Shown: piece after piece, positions 41,345 to 51,022 of the stretch
Layout: each line of letters starts with the position of its first letter
Numbering within the stretch: position 1 is the stretch's first letter
Source: Ostreococcus lucimarinus
Taxonomy: Eukaryota
Assembly: GCA_000092065.1 (NCBI GenBank)
Contig: CP000594.1
Strand: one strand, 5' to 3'
Length of the DNA: 64,000 nt
Translations under genes and position numbers: made by a program
Notes under the pieces: model-generated
Databases searched by the model: none
The model's input: the letters and a program-made list of their open reading frames with translations, nothing else
What the model was told of the DNA's origin: nothing

Positions 41345-42151
41345 CTCGTCGCGGACGCCGCGCGCTTCGACACATGGTCAAATCACACATTAAATACGTC
41401 GCACACACACCTAAAAAAACATAAACTTCAATCTCAGACCCCCGACGCGATCGCGCGACGCGTGTTACAGGTTTTTCCCGATCCCCCTCGATCGCGCGCC
41501 GACGTCACGCGATCGCGTCGCCGCGCGGTCGATCGATCGCCGATCGCCGTCGTCGAACCTCGCCGCGTCGATCGATGATCACGCGCGGACGATGCGGTGA
41601 GGTTCGACGCCCGCGCGGGCGCGTCGATCGCGAATATTCTCGAGACGTCGGGCCGCCGCGCGCACTTTACTTTACGTCGCGTGGTCGAACGACACACAGC
41701 AGGTGCGCGAGCGATGCGAGCGCGCGTGACCGAGACGCGCGCGCGCGGGAAATATTCCGCCGCGCGTTCGCGCGCGCGGAGGCGCGGCGCGGCGCGGGAT
41801 CGGGGCGAACGGACGCGCGATGGGACGCGCGCGCGATGATGATCCGTCCGCGGCGGCGGGTTATCTTGACGCGTGGCGTCGCGCGCGACGCGAATATGTC
41901 GGGGCTCGCGCGGTAATACCGCGCGGGAAATCGCGTGCGTCGATCCTGCGCGTCCGTGGGGGATGTCGCGGCGCGATCGCGCGGTGGGATGGGAAGATGT
42001 TGAAGATCTTGGATTTTTGGGACGAGGCGCGGGTGACGGCGCGCGGCGGCGCGGACGTCGAGGCGAAACGAACGAACCGGAAGACTGACGACGGCGAACG
42101 CGCTGAAAACGAGCAGTAAACCGCACATCAACACACTCCACAGACATAAAT

Positions 42152-43315
42152 ATGGGATTTCTTTTCACTTCCGAATCCGTGAACGAGGGTCACCCGGATA
42201 AGCTCGCGGATCAAATCTCCGACGGCATCTTGGATGCGTGCCTCGCGCAAGATCCGGATTCCAAGGTTGCGTGCGAGACCGCGACGAAGACCAACATGGT
42301 GATGGTTTTCGGTGAAATCACGACCAAGGCCAAGGTTGACTACGAAGCCGTCGTGCGCCAAGTGTGCCGCGACGTCGGTTTCATCTCTGATGAAACCGGC
42401 TTGGACGGTAACAAGTGCCGCGTGCTCGTCGAGTTGCACGACCAATCCCCGGACATTGGTCAAGGTGTGCACGGTATGGGCACCAAGTCCGATGAAGACA
42501 TCGGTGCGGGTGACCAAGGTCACATGTTTGGCTACGCCACGGATGAAACTCCGGAACTCATGCCGTTGACGCACGTTTTGGCCACCAAGCTCGGTCACCG
42601 CCTCACCGTCGTCCGCAAGGATGGTACGTGCCCGTGGGTGCTCCCGGATGGTAAGACGCAAGTCACCATCGAGTACGAAAACGAAGGCGGCGCCATGGTG
42701 CCGAAGCGCGTGCACACCATCTTGATCTCCACCCAACACATCGAGGGCGTGACGAACGAGAAGATCGCCGAGGATCTCATGAACGAAGTCATCAAGAAGG
42801 TTGTCCCGGAAAAGTACTTGGACGCCGACACCATCTTCCACTTGAACCCGTCTGGACGTTTCGTCATCGGTGGCCCGCACGGTGACGCCGGTTTGACCGG
42901 TCGTAAGATTATCATCGACACCTACGGTGGCTGGGGCGCGCACGGCGGTGGCGCCTTCTCCGGTAAGGACCCGACCAAGGTCGACCGCTCTGGCGCGTAC
43001 ATCTCCCGCCAAGCGGCCAAGTCCGTCGTCGCCGCGGGTCTCGCGCGCCGATGCTTGTTCCAAATCTCCTACGCCATCGGCGTCGCCGAGCCGTTGTCCG
43101 TGCACGTCGACACCTACGGCACCGGTAAGATTCCGGATTCCGAAATCCTCGCCAAGGTCAAGGCCGCGTTCGATTTCCGTCCGGGCATGATGGGCAAGGC
43201 GCTCGACCTCAAGCGCGGCGGTAACAAGCGTTACCAAACCACCGCCGCCTACGGTCACTTCGGCCGCGATGAAGACCTCGACATCTTCACCTGGGAAAAG
43301 GTCGTCCCGCTCTAA
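42152..43315 (+). CDS. METK: S-adenosylmethionine synthetase (methionine adenosyltransferase), plant type
   Basis: [65 protein letters not shown]...[31 protein letters not shown]...[20 protein letters not shown] is near-identical to plant SAMS over the conserved blocks, as I recall them. The ATG at 42152 was verified. Confidence 0.95.
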   Translation: MGFLFTSESVNEGHPDKLADQISDGILDACLAQDPDSKVACETATKTNMVMVFGEITTKAKVDYEAVVRQVCRDVGFISDETGLDGNKCRVLVELHDQSPDIGQGVHGMGTKSDEDIGAGDQGHMFGYATDETPELMPLTHVLATKLGHRLTVVRKDGTCPWVLPDGKTQVTIEYENEGGAMVPKRVHTILISTQHIEGVTNEKIAEDLMNEVIKKVVPEKYLDADTIFHLNPSGRFVIGGPHGDAGLTGRKIIIDTYGGWGAHGGGAFSGKDPTKVDRSGAYISRQAAKSVVAAGLARRCLFQISYAIGVAEPLSVHVDTYGTGKIPDSEILAKVKAAFDFRPGMMGKALDLKRGGNKRYQTTAAYGHFGRDEDLDIFTWEKVVPL

Positions 43316-43572
43316 GATAAAGTAACGAAGCCGTCGGCGCGGCGCGTCTCCTCGCGCGCGGCGTCGTCCCGACCCCGCGCGCGCGTCGTCCCCGCGCCGC
43401 ACACGTTTGTCAAATTTTTAGACGGCGAGCATTTCGCTGTCCGACGGAACAGTCGGAATCATCACTAGACGAGTCGTAAGGATATTATTACGTTGTGAGG
43501 AGAGCCACCGTATAGAGCACTCGCGCCTTCGCGCATTCATGCATTCGCTCGCGTCACGCCGCGCCTCGGGCG

Positions 43573-44367
43573 ATGCCCGCGCGCGCGTCCGCGCCGCCTC
43601 GTCCCGCCGCGCGCGCGCGTCGCCCTCGCGCGCCGCGCCGCGCGTCGCGCGTCCCGCGCGCGTCCCCCCTCGACCGCATCGATCCCGCCGCCGTCGTCGC
43701 CCGCCTCGCCGAGGCCGCGCTCGCCTCGCCGCTCGTCCTCAAGCGCTGCGACGACGTCCGCGTCGTCGTCGACGCCGACCTCGCGCGCGCGCTCGCGCTC
43801 GGCGAGCTCGGCGGCGCGCGCGTGCGCGGCCGCGGCTGGTCGAGCCCGCGCGACTTGACCGCGCGCGACGTCGAGCTCGTCGCGCGCGACGTCCGCGTCG
43901 ACTGGAGCGCGGCGATGGCGATGCGAGGGGTGGTGCTCACGCGACCGGCGCGCGGCGAGGCGCGCCTGACGCTCGACGGGAGGGATTTCGAGAATTTCTT
44001 GAGGCACCCGCTGGCGAGACGCGCGGCGCGCGACGAAGCGTTCGAGTTCGAGCGAGGCGACGTCGCGAGCGACGACGACGACGGGTACCTGGAGTGCGAC
44101 GTGGTGATGCGAGACGGCGGCGCGCGGCGAACGGTGCGAATGCGACCGGGAGAGGGATCGACGGTTCGCGCGACGTCGCGCGGCGACGGGGACGAGACGC
44201 TCGAGCGCGCGTTGGAGACGTTTTTCGAGCGACTCGTCCTCGATTTAGACGGCACGGAGCTGCGGTATCGCGACATGACGATCGACGCGCGCGCGACGGC
44301 GCCGACGGTGACGTTCGAGCTCGATCTGTGCGTCAAAAGGTTTCCGTCGCCCGGGATACGGTTTTAG
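43573..44367 (+). CDS. hypothetical protein (Arg/Ala-rich presequence, acidic core), weak call
   Basis: Only ORF in 43330..44420 with non-degenerate composition (VLTRPARGEARLTLDGRDFENFLRHPLARR...DDDGYLECDVVMRDGG...ETFFERLVLDLDGTELRYRDMTID...FELDLCVKRFPSPGIRF). The overlapping ORFs 43539..45104 (+) and 43554..44336 (-) are Arg- or Ser-rich junk. I recognise no domain. Confidence 0.3.
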   Translation: MPARASAPPRPAARARRPRAPRRASRVPRASPLDRIDPAAVVARLAEAALASPLVLKRCDDVRVVVDADLARALALGELGGARVRGRGWSSPRDLTARDVELVARDVRVDWSAAMAMRGVVLTRPARGEARLTLDGRDFENFLRHPLARRAARDEAFEFERGDVASDDDDGYLECDVVMRDGGARRTVRMRPGEGSTVRATSRGDGDETLERALETFFERLVLDLDGTELRYRDMTIDARATAPTVTFELDLCVKRFPSPGIRF

Positions 44368-44923
44368 CTCGCGTTCTCTCGCTCGCGCGCGAGACGCGCG
44401 CCTCTAATTCTAGCTCTACACATCTAGTTCGCGTTTTCCGGCGCCCGCGTTCGCCTCGACGCCTCCCTCGTCACCGCCCGCATCGCGCTCGGCGGCCACA
44501 GCACCGCGGCGATCCGTCCTCGAAGCGCCCCCGTCGGCGTCTCGCCCGCGTCGCCGTCGTCTCGCGCGTCGCGTCCTCGCCATCCCGCGTCCGCTCGCAG
44601 CGCGCACGTCCCTCGCGAGGGCCCTCGCACGGCGTCGACGCGCTGAATCACGATGCCGTCGCCGTCGCGCGCGCGCACGGCGACGACGTCTCCCGCGTCG
44701 ATCGCGCCGCGCGCGACGCTCGCGCGGTCGCACCACACCACCACCGCCTCGAACGCGTCGCGCGCGTCGCTCGACGCGCTCGCGCGCCGCGCGAGCGCGC
44801 GCTCGGGCGCGCCGACGCGGTCGCCGACGACGGCGCCGAGCGCGAGCGCGAGCGCGCCGTCGCGCGCGACGCGCCGAAGCGTCATGCTCTGCCGCGCCGT
44901 CCCGGTCGCACTTCGCGACGCGC

Positions 44924-46192
44924 ATGCGCGACGCGCGGCGCCGCGCGCGCGCGCCGCGCGCGCGAATCGTCGCGGCGCTCGCGCTCGCGCTCGTCGCGGC
45001 GCGCGCGCGCGCGGGACGCGCGCGCGAGGCGACGGGACGCGCGAACGATGGCGACGACGTCGCGGCGCTGCGCGACGCGCTGCCGAGCGACGGCGCGACG
45101 CTGAGCGAACTGTTCAGGTGGTCGATCGAGGCGGGACACCCGCGCGCGTCGAGCGACGCCGACGATCGGGCGCGCGGCGACGCGGGTCGGGCGGAGGGTT
45201 GGCGCGCGAGGGCGCGCGCGGCGCTCGCGCGAGCGACGGGACGACGCGACGACGGCGCGAGCGCGGTCGACGCGATCGACGACGACGAGGGCGCGGAAGC
45301 GGAAGCGGGACGGTCGAAGACGGTGGATTCGATCGAGTCGAGGAAGAGGGAGGTGCGGGAGGCGCTGGACGCGATGGCGGCGGCGCCGAGTCCGCACGCG
45401 CTCGCGCGAGAGTGCGGCGAAGTGGTGAGGGACGCGCGTAAGAATGAAACCAAGGCGCGAAGGGTGCGCGCGCTGGAGATTTTGTACGATTTGGTGGCGC
45501 CGATCGAGTTGGCGAACGATTTGGATAAGCTCGGGGTGGCGGAGGCGCTGATCGGGGCGCTGAGGGACGAGGACGAGGACGTGGCGAGCGCGGCGGCGAG
45601 CGCGCTCGCGGCGGCGGCGTCGAATAACGTCGTCGTGCAGGGGATCATTCACGAGAGACGAGGGTTCGATGCGCTTTTAGAGCTCGTGTCGTCGCCCGCG
45701 ACGCCCGCGGAGGTGCGTCATAAGTCGTTGTGGGTGCTCGGGATGTGCGCGCGGACGCACGAGGCGTCGCGCGCCGACTTTTTCGCCGCGGGCGGCGCCG
45801 GCGTGTTGGCTGATATTTTGTCTCCGAAAACGCCGGTCAAGACGCGCACGCGCGCGATGGTCTTATTCGGCGACTTAGTTCTCATCGACGGCGTCGCGGA
45901 CGCGATGTTTGCCGACGTAAAAGTCGCGAAATCCTTACTCGAGGACGTCGTCGCGAGCGCGCTCGACGCCGACGCCTCGCTCGACGCGCGCGAGAAAGCG
46001 ATCGGCGCGCTTCTCGCCGCGCGCGAGCGCGGCCCTGAGATCGTGCGACATACGCTCGACGGATTCAAGCGCGATCTCTCGACGCTCGCCGACGCGTTCG
46101 ACGCCGCGGCAAAGGCGGAGGACGACGACTCCGCCGCCGACATCAGTCGTCTCGCGCGCGCGTTGAGCGTCTCGCCAAGGGTTGAATTGTAG
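44924..46192 (+). CDS. SIL1/Fes1-type nucleotide exchange factor (armadillo-repeat Hsp70 NEF) with signal peptide
   Basis: Signal peptide MRDARRRARAPRARIVAALALALVAARARAG, then ARM/HEAT-like repeats (RALEILYDLVAPIELANDLDKLGVAEALIGALRDEDEDVASAAASALAAAASNNVVVQGII...LLELVSSP...VRHKSLWVLGMCARTHEASRADFFAAGGAGVLADIL). C-terminus ...SPRVEL. Confidence 0.55.
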   Translation: MRDARRRARAPRARIVAALALALVAARARAGRAREATGRANDGDDVAALRDALPSDGATLSELFRWSIEAGHPRASSDADDRARGDAGRAEGWRARARAALARATGRRDDGASAVDAIDDDEGAEAEAGRSKTVDSIESRKREVREALDAMAAAPSPHALARECGEVVRDARKNETKARRVRALEILYDLVAPIELANDLDKLGVAEALIGALRDEDEDVASAAASALAAAASNNVVVQGIIHERRGFDALLELVSSPATPAEVRHKSLWVLGMCARTHEASRADFFAAGGAGVLADILSPKTPVKTRTRAMVLFGDLVLIDGVADAMFADVKVAKSLLEDVVASALDADASLDAREKAIGALLAARERGPEIVRHTLDGFKRDLSTLADAFDAAAKAEDDDSAADISRLARALSVSPRVEL

Positions 46193-46338
46193 CGCGCGCG
46201 CGTTGAAATAGCATCCTCGTTCGTTGGTCATGTGGACTTCTTCATCATCACATTTCTACTAGTGTTAGATGGCGCCTCGCTCGCGTCGTCGATCTCGAAA
46301 GACCGCCTCCGCTCGCGCGCGCTCGCGCCTCGCCCCGC

Positions 46339-47091
46339 TCAGATGCGGTCGCGCGGCCCGACGACGGCCGGTTGCTGCGGGCCGACCGTGATCGGAAGCT
46401 TGGCGTCCTTCGCCCCCTTCACGCCGTACCCGACGGTCAACAAACCCGCGGAAACGGCCAAGAGCGAGTACACGGCCTCGCGTCGGCCCAAGCCTTGCGC
46501 CGCGTATTCGAAAAACGCCGCCTGTTGATCCGGGTATCGGCTCGACGCGTCGACGCCGTAGACGTCCCACGACCCCGTCGTCGCCTCGACGTCGGACAGA
46601 TCGAAGTACACCGACTCATCGCCGTACTTCGCGTTCGTCTTCATCGCGCTGCATCGTTCGCAAACCACCGCGCGCGCCGTCAGTCCCTCGTCCCGCCGTC
46701 TCGCCCTCGCGCCCCGCTCGCTATCCGTCCCGATCGCGCCCCTCGCGCGCGTCTCCGCCCCTTTTCCGAACCCTCGTCGCCGCTCGCGCCGCGTCCCGCT
46801 CGCGTCGCGCGCGCGCGTCCTGGAGCGCGTCTCGCGCCCCTCGCACGCCCATCGTTCGCTCGCGTCGCGCGTCGTCGCGCGTCGCGTCGTCGTCCCGCGT
46901 CGCTCGAGATACGATCGCGATTCGCCCCTCGCGCGCCGCGCGTCGTTCGCGCGCGATCGCGCGTCGCGTCGCGTCACGCGCGGTCGATCGCGACGTCGCG
47001 GCACGCACCGTTCGCGTCGCGCGCGCGTCGAGCGCGGCGCGCGCACGGCGACGCCGGTGGCGAACGAGGTGGTCTTCGCGGTGGCGAACAT
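46339..47091 (-). CDS. PSAH: photosystem I reaction-centre subunit VI (PsaH) precursor; two exons (47091..47009 and 46648..46339)
   Basis: C-terminal part: KYGDESVYFDLSDVEATTGSWDVYGVDASSRYPDQQAAFFEYAAQGLGRREAVYSLLAVSAGLLTVGYGVKGAKDAKLPITVGPQQPAVVGPRDRI is PsaH as I recall it (plant PsaH-1: [27 protein letters not shown]...LPIKRGPQEPPKLGPRGKL). The unspliced track ORF (272 aa) has an implausible 140-aa Arg-rich insert. Exon 1 (MFATAKTTSFATGVAVRAPRSTRARRE, 83 nt) ends at ACG|GTGCGTG. An acceptor gatgCAG|C at 46649 is phase-2 compatible. The spliced precursor is 130 aa. Confidence 0.8.
   Translation of the reverse strand: MFATAKTTSFATGVAVRAPRSTRARRERCVPRRRDRPRVTRRDARSRANDARRARGESRSYLERRGTTTRRATTRDASERWACEGRETRSRTRARDASGTRRERRRGFGKGAETRARGAIGTDSERGARARRRDEGLTARAVVCERCSAMKTNAKYGDESVYFDLSDVEATTGSWDVYGVDASSRYPDQQAAFFEYAAQGLGRREAVYSLLAVSAGLLTVGYGVKGAKDAKLPITVGPQQPAVVGPRDRI
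46649..47008 (-). other. spliceosomal intron (360 nt) of PsaH
   Basis: Donor cgaaCG|GTGCGTGCC at 47008; branch gagggaCTGACggcg 31 nt upstream of acceptor cgaacgatgCAG|C. It shares gcgaggggcg and ggtttg...cgaac motifs with the RPA1 intron. Confidence 0.65.
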
Positions 47092-47339
47092 GGCGCGTCG
47101 GGGTGTGGCGACCGGGGATTCGTTTCTCCGTATTCGACGTCCATCGAACGCCATCATAGGGACGTCGATCGCGGTTTATCGCGATCCACGTGGATTCGGC
47201 GCGATCGCGTGTGGAATCGGGGGGACGCGCGATGGTATTATACGTCATCGAGGGGTATATAATGCGTCGAAGTTTTACTATATAGAGGAGCGCGATCGGT
47301 CGGACGGTCGGTCGGACGCGGTCGGTCGGACGGCGCGCG

Positions 47340-49592
47340 CTACGCGTCGTCGTCGTCGTCGTCGTCGGCGGCGGGGCGTCGGCCGGCGTGCGCGGCGTTG
47401 ATCTCGCGAGCCTCGCGGCGGAGGGACTTGACGACGCGGCGGTCGGCGCGGGCGGCGCGGGCGTCGGAGAGCGCGCGCGCGGAGGCGCGCGACGGACGCT
47501 GCCAGGCGCTGCTTCGGCGCGCGGGCGCGCGGGACGGGGCGTGGGAGTGGCCGTGGGCGTGGGCGTGGACGCGAGACGCGTCGGTGGACGCGGCGTGGGA
47601 GTGGCCGTGGGCGCGCTGGGCGCGTTTTTGGGCCTTGGCTTTGGCGGCGTCGGCGGAGGCGGCGGTTTCGGCGACGGCGAGGGCGCGGTCGGCCCAGGCG
47701 TAGGCGCTTTGCATCGCGGCCTGCGCGCCTTTGGTGGATTTGAGTTCGGTTTTGAACTCCTTTCGCGTCGACACCGGAACGAGGGCGCCGGCGTGATCTT
47801 TAGTCGCGCCGGGCGGCGCGACGACGAAGTCGTTCGCCGAACGAACGTCGACGAAGACGTCGGAAGAACGCGCGTCGACGTCGGCCGCGGACGCCGCGTT
47901 CGCCCTCGTCGCGGCTTTGTTAATTTCGTCGACGCGAAGCGCGTTCACGTCGTCCAGCATGCGGCGTCGCGCGCCTTCGAGATCTGTAATCATGCGCGTC
48001 GGGTACGTCGATCCCAACTCGACGCCCGCGGCGTCGAGCTGCTTCGCCGACGCTTCCCACGGGCGGTGTCGCAGGTGCCCTTTCGGCAGCGCCGCGAGCT
48101 CTGGAATCCATCGAGCGATGCTCTCGCCTTCGGGGTCGTGCGCTCGAGAGGATCCATCTGGGGTCAACGAACCCGCGAAGACGTCCCACTGATCGAGTCC
48201 GCTCTTTCCCGCGTTTTGCCACATCATGGAATTGATCGCCAAGTCCGCGTCCACGAGAGTGTCGAGGAACCAATCTGCGCCGTGCGTCCAATGAACGCCG
48301 CAGTAATCGACGAGAAACGTGGCCGCAATCATGCGTTCACTCTGATGCATCCATCCGGTGGCCCAAAGCCGGCGCATGCCCGCGTCCACGGTGGGGAAGC
48401 CCGTCGTTCCAGTTTGCCATCGATGAAGCGCAACGGCGGCTTCGTCGCCCTCCAACCAAGCCTTGCGATTCTCGTAGTGCCCACGCACGGACTTGGACGG
48501 TAACTCGGGCCAGTTGTGCAGTTGCCAGTACGCAAACTCTCGGCGATAGAGACGGTGCCAAAACACGCGAGAGAGCTTTTTGCCCTCCACCCCGTCGCTG
48601 CCCATCTTTTTCGTCGCCAATTCGTGGTAAATCTGCCGCGGCGATATCTGACCATGGCGTAAATACGGTGAAAGCGTGCTCACCGCGGCCGGAGCGACGA
48701 TATCCGCTCTTCCGTGATCGTCCTCAAACTTCTCCAACCCCACCGAAGCGAAGTGCTCCCAAGTAGAGGCGGCGCCCGACTCCGACATCGTCCACTCCGC
48801 GCGAATCCCAGCCGCCCAGTCCAAGCGTTTATCTACGTCTGATACTATCCCTAATTCTTCTAACGACGCCGCGAATCCGTGCTCGGGGCCTAAATCCACC
48901 ACTCGCGCGCTCGCCGGCGCCGCGCGCGGCGCCCCCACTTTCCCTCCGAGCTTCTCCGCGGCGTGCACGAACGGCATGAGCGTGCCGAAAAAGTACTTTT
49001 CCCTCCTCAGATCGATCTGAATCTTCTCTGGCTCAAACAACAAGTACCCCGGCAAGCGCACGATCTCGCACGCGTCCCGCACGCTCGCCGCCGTCTCTTC
49101 GTCGTCCGCGTCCGCCGTCGGTTCGTACCGCCTCGACGCGAACGCGCGCGTCGCTCCCACTCCCCCGCACGCCGCTCGCATCGCCTCCGCGTGCGTCCCG
49201 CGATAATACGACAGTCCTCCTCCACCGTACCGTCGTCGCAGTTCGCGATCGAGCGCGTCCAGCGCTTCGACCAACCACGCCCTTCGCGCGCCTCTCGTCG
49301 TCTCGCCGTCTCGCGTCTCGTCCCACGCGAACACGCACGCCGTCTCGCCGCCGCGCCGTCGCGCCGTCTCCACCGCGGCGAGCAGCGCGGCGTTATCGCT
49401 CACGCGCAGGTCGTGGTCTCGGAACCACGCGACGGCGCCGCGACGCGCGTCGTCGGCGTCGCGCTGACGATTTGTGTCGCCCTCGACGTCACGCGTCGCG
49501 CGCGGCGCGAACCGTCGTGCGGCGCGCGTCGCGGGCGAGGACGCGCGCGCGGCGATCGGCGTCGCCGAGCTCGCGCGCGCGCCGAGGCGCAT
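47340..49592 (-). CDS. cryptochrome/photolyase-family flavoprotein (plant-type cryptochrome-like) with long C-terminal extension and presequence-like N-terminus
   Basis: WFRDHDLRVSDNAALLAAV is the photolyase N-terminal motif. TGFPTVDAGMRRLWATGWMHQSERMIAATFLV resembles plant CRY ([33 protein letters not shown]). The C-terminal extension of about 250 aa has His-rich HGHSHAAS...HAHAHGHSHAPS and a poly-Asp end. Start at the ATG at 49592. Confidence 0.85.
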   Translation of the reverse strand: MRLGARASSATPIAARASSPATRAARRFAPRATRDVEGDTNRQRDADDARRGAVAWFRDHDLRVSDNAALLAAVETARRRGGETACVFAWDETRDGETTRGARRAWLVEALDALDRELRRRYGGGGLSYYRGTHAEAMRAACGGVGATRAFASRRYEPTADADDEETAASVRDACEIVRLPGYLLFEPEKIQIDLRREKYFFGTLMPFVHAAEKLGGKVGAPRAAPASARVVDLGPEHGFAASLEELGIVSDVDKRLDWAAGIRAEWTMSESGAASTWEHFASVGLEKFEDDHGRADIVAPAAVSTLSPYLRHGQISPRQIYHELATKKMGSDGVEGKKLSRVFWHRLYRREFAYWQLHNWPELPSKSVRGHYENRKAWLEGDEAAVALHRWQTGTTGFPTVDAGMRRLWATGWMHQSERMIAATFLVDYCGVHWTHGADWFLDTLVDADLAINSMMWQNAGKSGLDQWDVFAGSLTPDGSSRAHDPEGESIARWIPELAALPKGHLRHRPWEASAKQLDAAGVELGSTYPTRMITDLEGARRRMLDDVNALRVDEINKAATRANAASAADVDARSSDVFVDVRSANDFVVAPPGATKDHAGALVPVSTRKEFKTELKSTKGAQAAMQSAYAWADRALAVAETAASADAAKAKAQKRAQRAHGHSHAASTDASRVHAHAHGHSHAPSRAPARRSSAWQRPSRASARALSDARAARADRRVVKSLRREAREINAAHAGRRPAADDDDDDDA

Positions 49593-49666
49593 CGCGCGCG
49601 CGACGCGACGCGACGCGACGAGCGACGACGAATGGCGACGACGAACGGCGTCTCGTCTGGATTCGA

Positions 49667-50572
49667 TTAAATGTTGAGCGCGTGCGCGACGGATCCCGCG
49701 AGCTTCAAAACGACGAAAGGCGCGACGCCGCTGCACGCGCTGACGGTCTGCGGACACGAATCGGTGATCCAAAAGTTGGCGAACCCGGCGGACGGGTCGG
49801 TGAAACGACGCCAAGACTCGTTGGGAAAGACGCCGTGGGTGACGTAGGCGCTCACCGCGGAGGCGCCCTCGCGGCGAAGAACCTTGGCGCACTCGATGAG
49901 GGTGCCGCCGGATTGCACGAGATCGTCCACGATGACGATGTGCTTACCCGTGGGTTTGCCCTCCTTGATCGTGACGATGCGCTTGTCGCCCTCGCGAACC
50001 TTGGTGCAGACGACCTCGTCGTACTTGGCGAAAAAGTTGTGAAAGCGCTTGCACGCGCCCTCGTCGGGGTAGGCGATGACGACGTCCGCGGCGTCTTCTA
50101 AACTTGCTAATCGCTCCAACAAAAGCGGAATTCCCGATGCGAACAGCGGAGTGACGGAGTCACCGAAATAAAATCGCTCCTGAAGCGCGTGAATGTCGAA
50201 CACGATCATATCCGTCGGCCCGCCTCGCGAGTGCGGAATCGAGCTCAACATTCTCGCCATCGTCACCGCGGTGGGGATTTCTCCTTCCTTATCCACCCGT
50301 TCGAACGTACCGGTGGGGAAAAACGGTAAGATCAATCTGAACGACGCGACGAACATCTTGGGAAGGGAGTATATCACGCTAAGCTGTTGGAAAATCACAG
50401 ACGCGTTGTGAAACGACGCCAAAAACGCCACGTGCCGCCCGTGCAGCTGTTCCGCGTCGTTCACGAAAATGTTCGGGAAACCATCCGCGAACGTGCGCCA
50501 CTGAATCTCACCCAACTCAATGTTTCCGTCGATCGCCGCGATCTCTCTCGCCATTTGTTCCATCTGTTCCAT
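49667..50572 (-). CDS. PRS: ribose-phosphate pyrophosphokinase (PRPP synthetase), class II plant type
   Basis: [13 protein letters not shown]...VAFLASFHN...PRPP-binding loop [22 protein letters not shown]; flexible loop and Mg site present. Confidence 0.85.
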   Translation of the reverse strand: MEQMEQMAREIAAIDGNIELGEIQWRTFADGFPNIFVNDAEQLHGRHVAFLASFHNASVIFQQLSVIYSLPKMFVASFRLILPFFPTGTFERVDKEGEIPTAVTMARMLSSIPHSRGGPTDMIVFDIHALQERFYFGDSVTPLFASGIPLLLERLASLEDAADVVIAYPDEGACKRFHNFFAKYDEVVCTKVREGDKRIVTIKEGKPTGKHIVIVDDLVQSGGTLIECAKVLRREGASAVSAYVTHGVFPNESWRRFTDPSAGFANFWITDSCPQTVSACSGVAPFVVLKLAGSVAHALNI

Positions 50573-51022
50573 TCGTCCGGCGCGTCGTCGTCAGTCGCCG
50601 CGTTTGAATTCGACGTCGTCGCGCGTTCGCCCTCGCTCTCGCTTCGCTTCGCGCCGTCGCGCTCGCCGCGCTCGCGCTCGCACCTCGGTGCAATAAAACA
50701 ACATCAGCGGCATGGACGACCGCGTCAGGCGCTGGCTCGTCGCTCGGCCGAGCGCGTTCGCGTCGGCGGACATTTCTTCGCGTTCGCGACGGCGCGTTCG
50801 CGACGGCGCGTTCGCGTCGCGGACGGGCGCGCGCCGCGAACCGCGCGCCGCGATCCGCGCGCGCGCTCTTTCGTCCGCGCGACGGCGCGAATTCCGGCGC
50901 ACCGAGACGACGCGCGCGAGTGTGCGGCGCTCGGCGCGTCTCGACCGGGACGCCGCGCCGCGCCGCGCCGCTCGACTACCGACTACGACTACCATTACAA
51001 CCCATGCGCGCGCCGCGTCGCG

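Noticed and set aside
43539-45648. Long overlapping ORFs (43539..45104 +, 44416..45648 -, 44882..45652 -) around the SIL1-like gene
   Set aside because: Poly-Arg/Ala translations ([24 protein letters not shown]). These are GC-skew artefacts.
46339-47157. Unspliced 272-aa PsaH ORF and upstream ATGs at 47157 and 47154
   Set aside because: The Asp/Glu-containing MMAFDGRRIRRNESP is a poor transit-peptide start and is followed by a 140-aa Arg-rich insert. The spliced model from ATG 47091 gives a canonical precursor.
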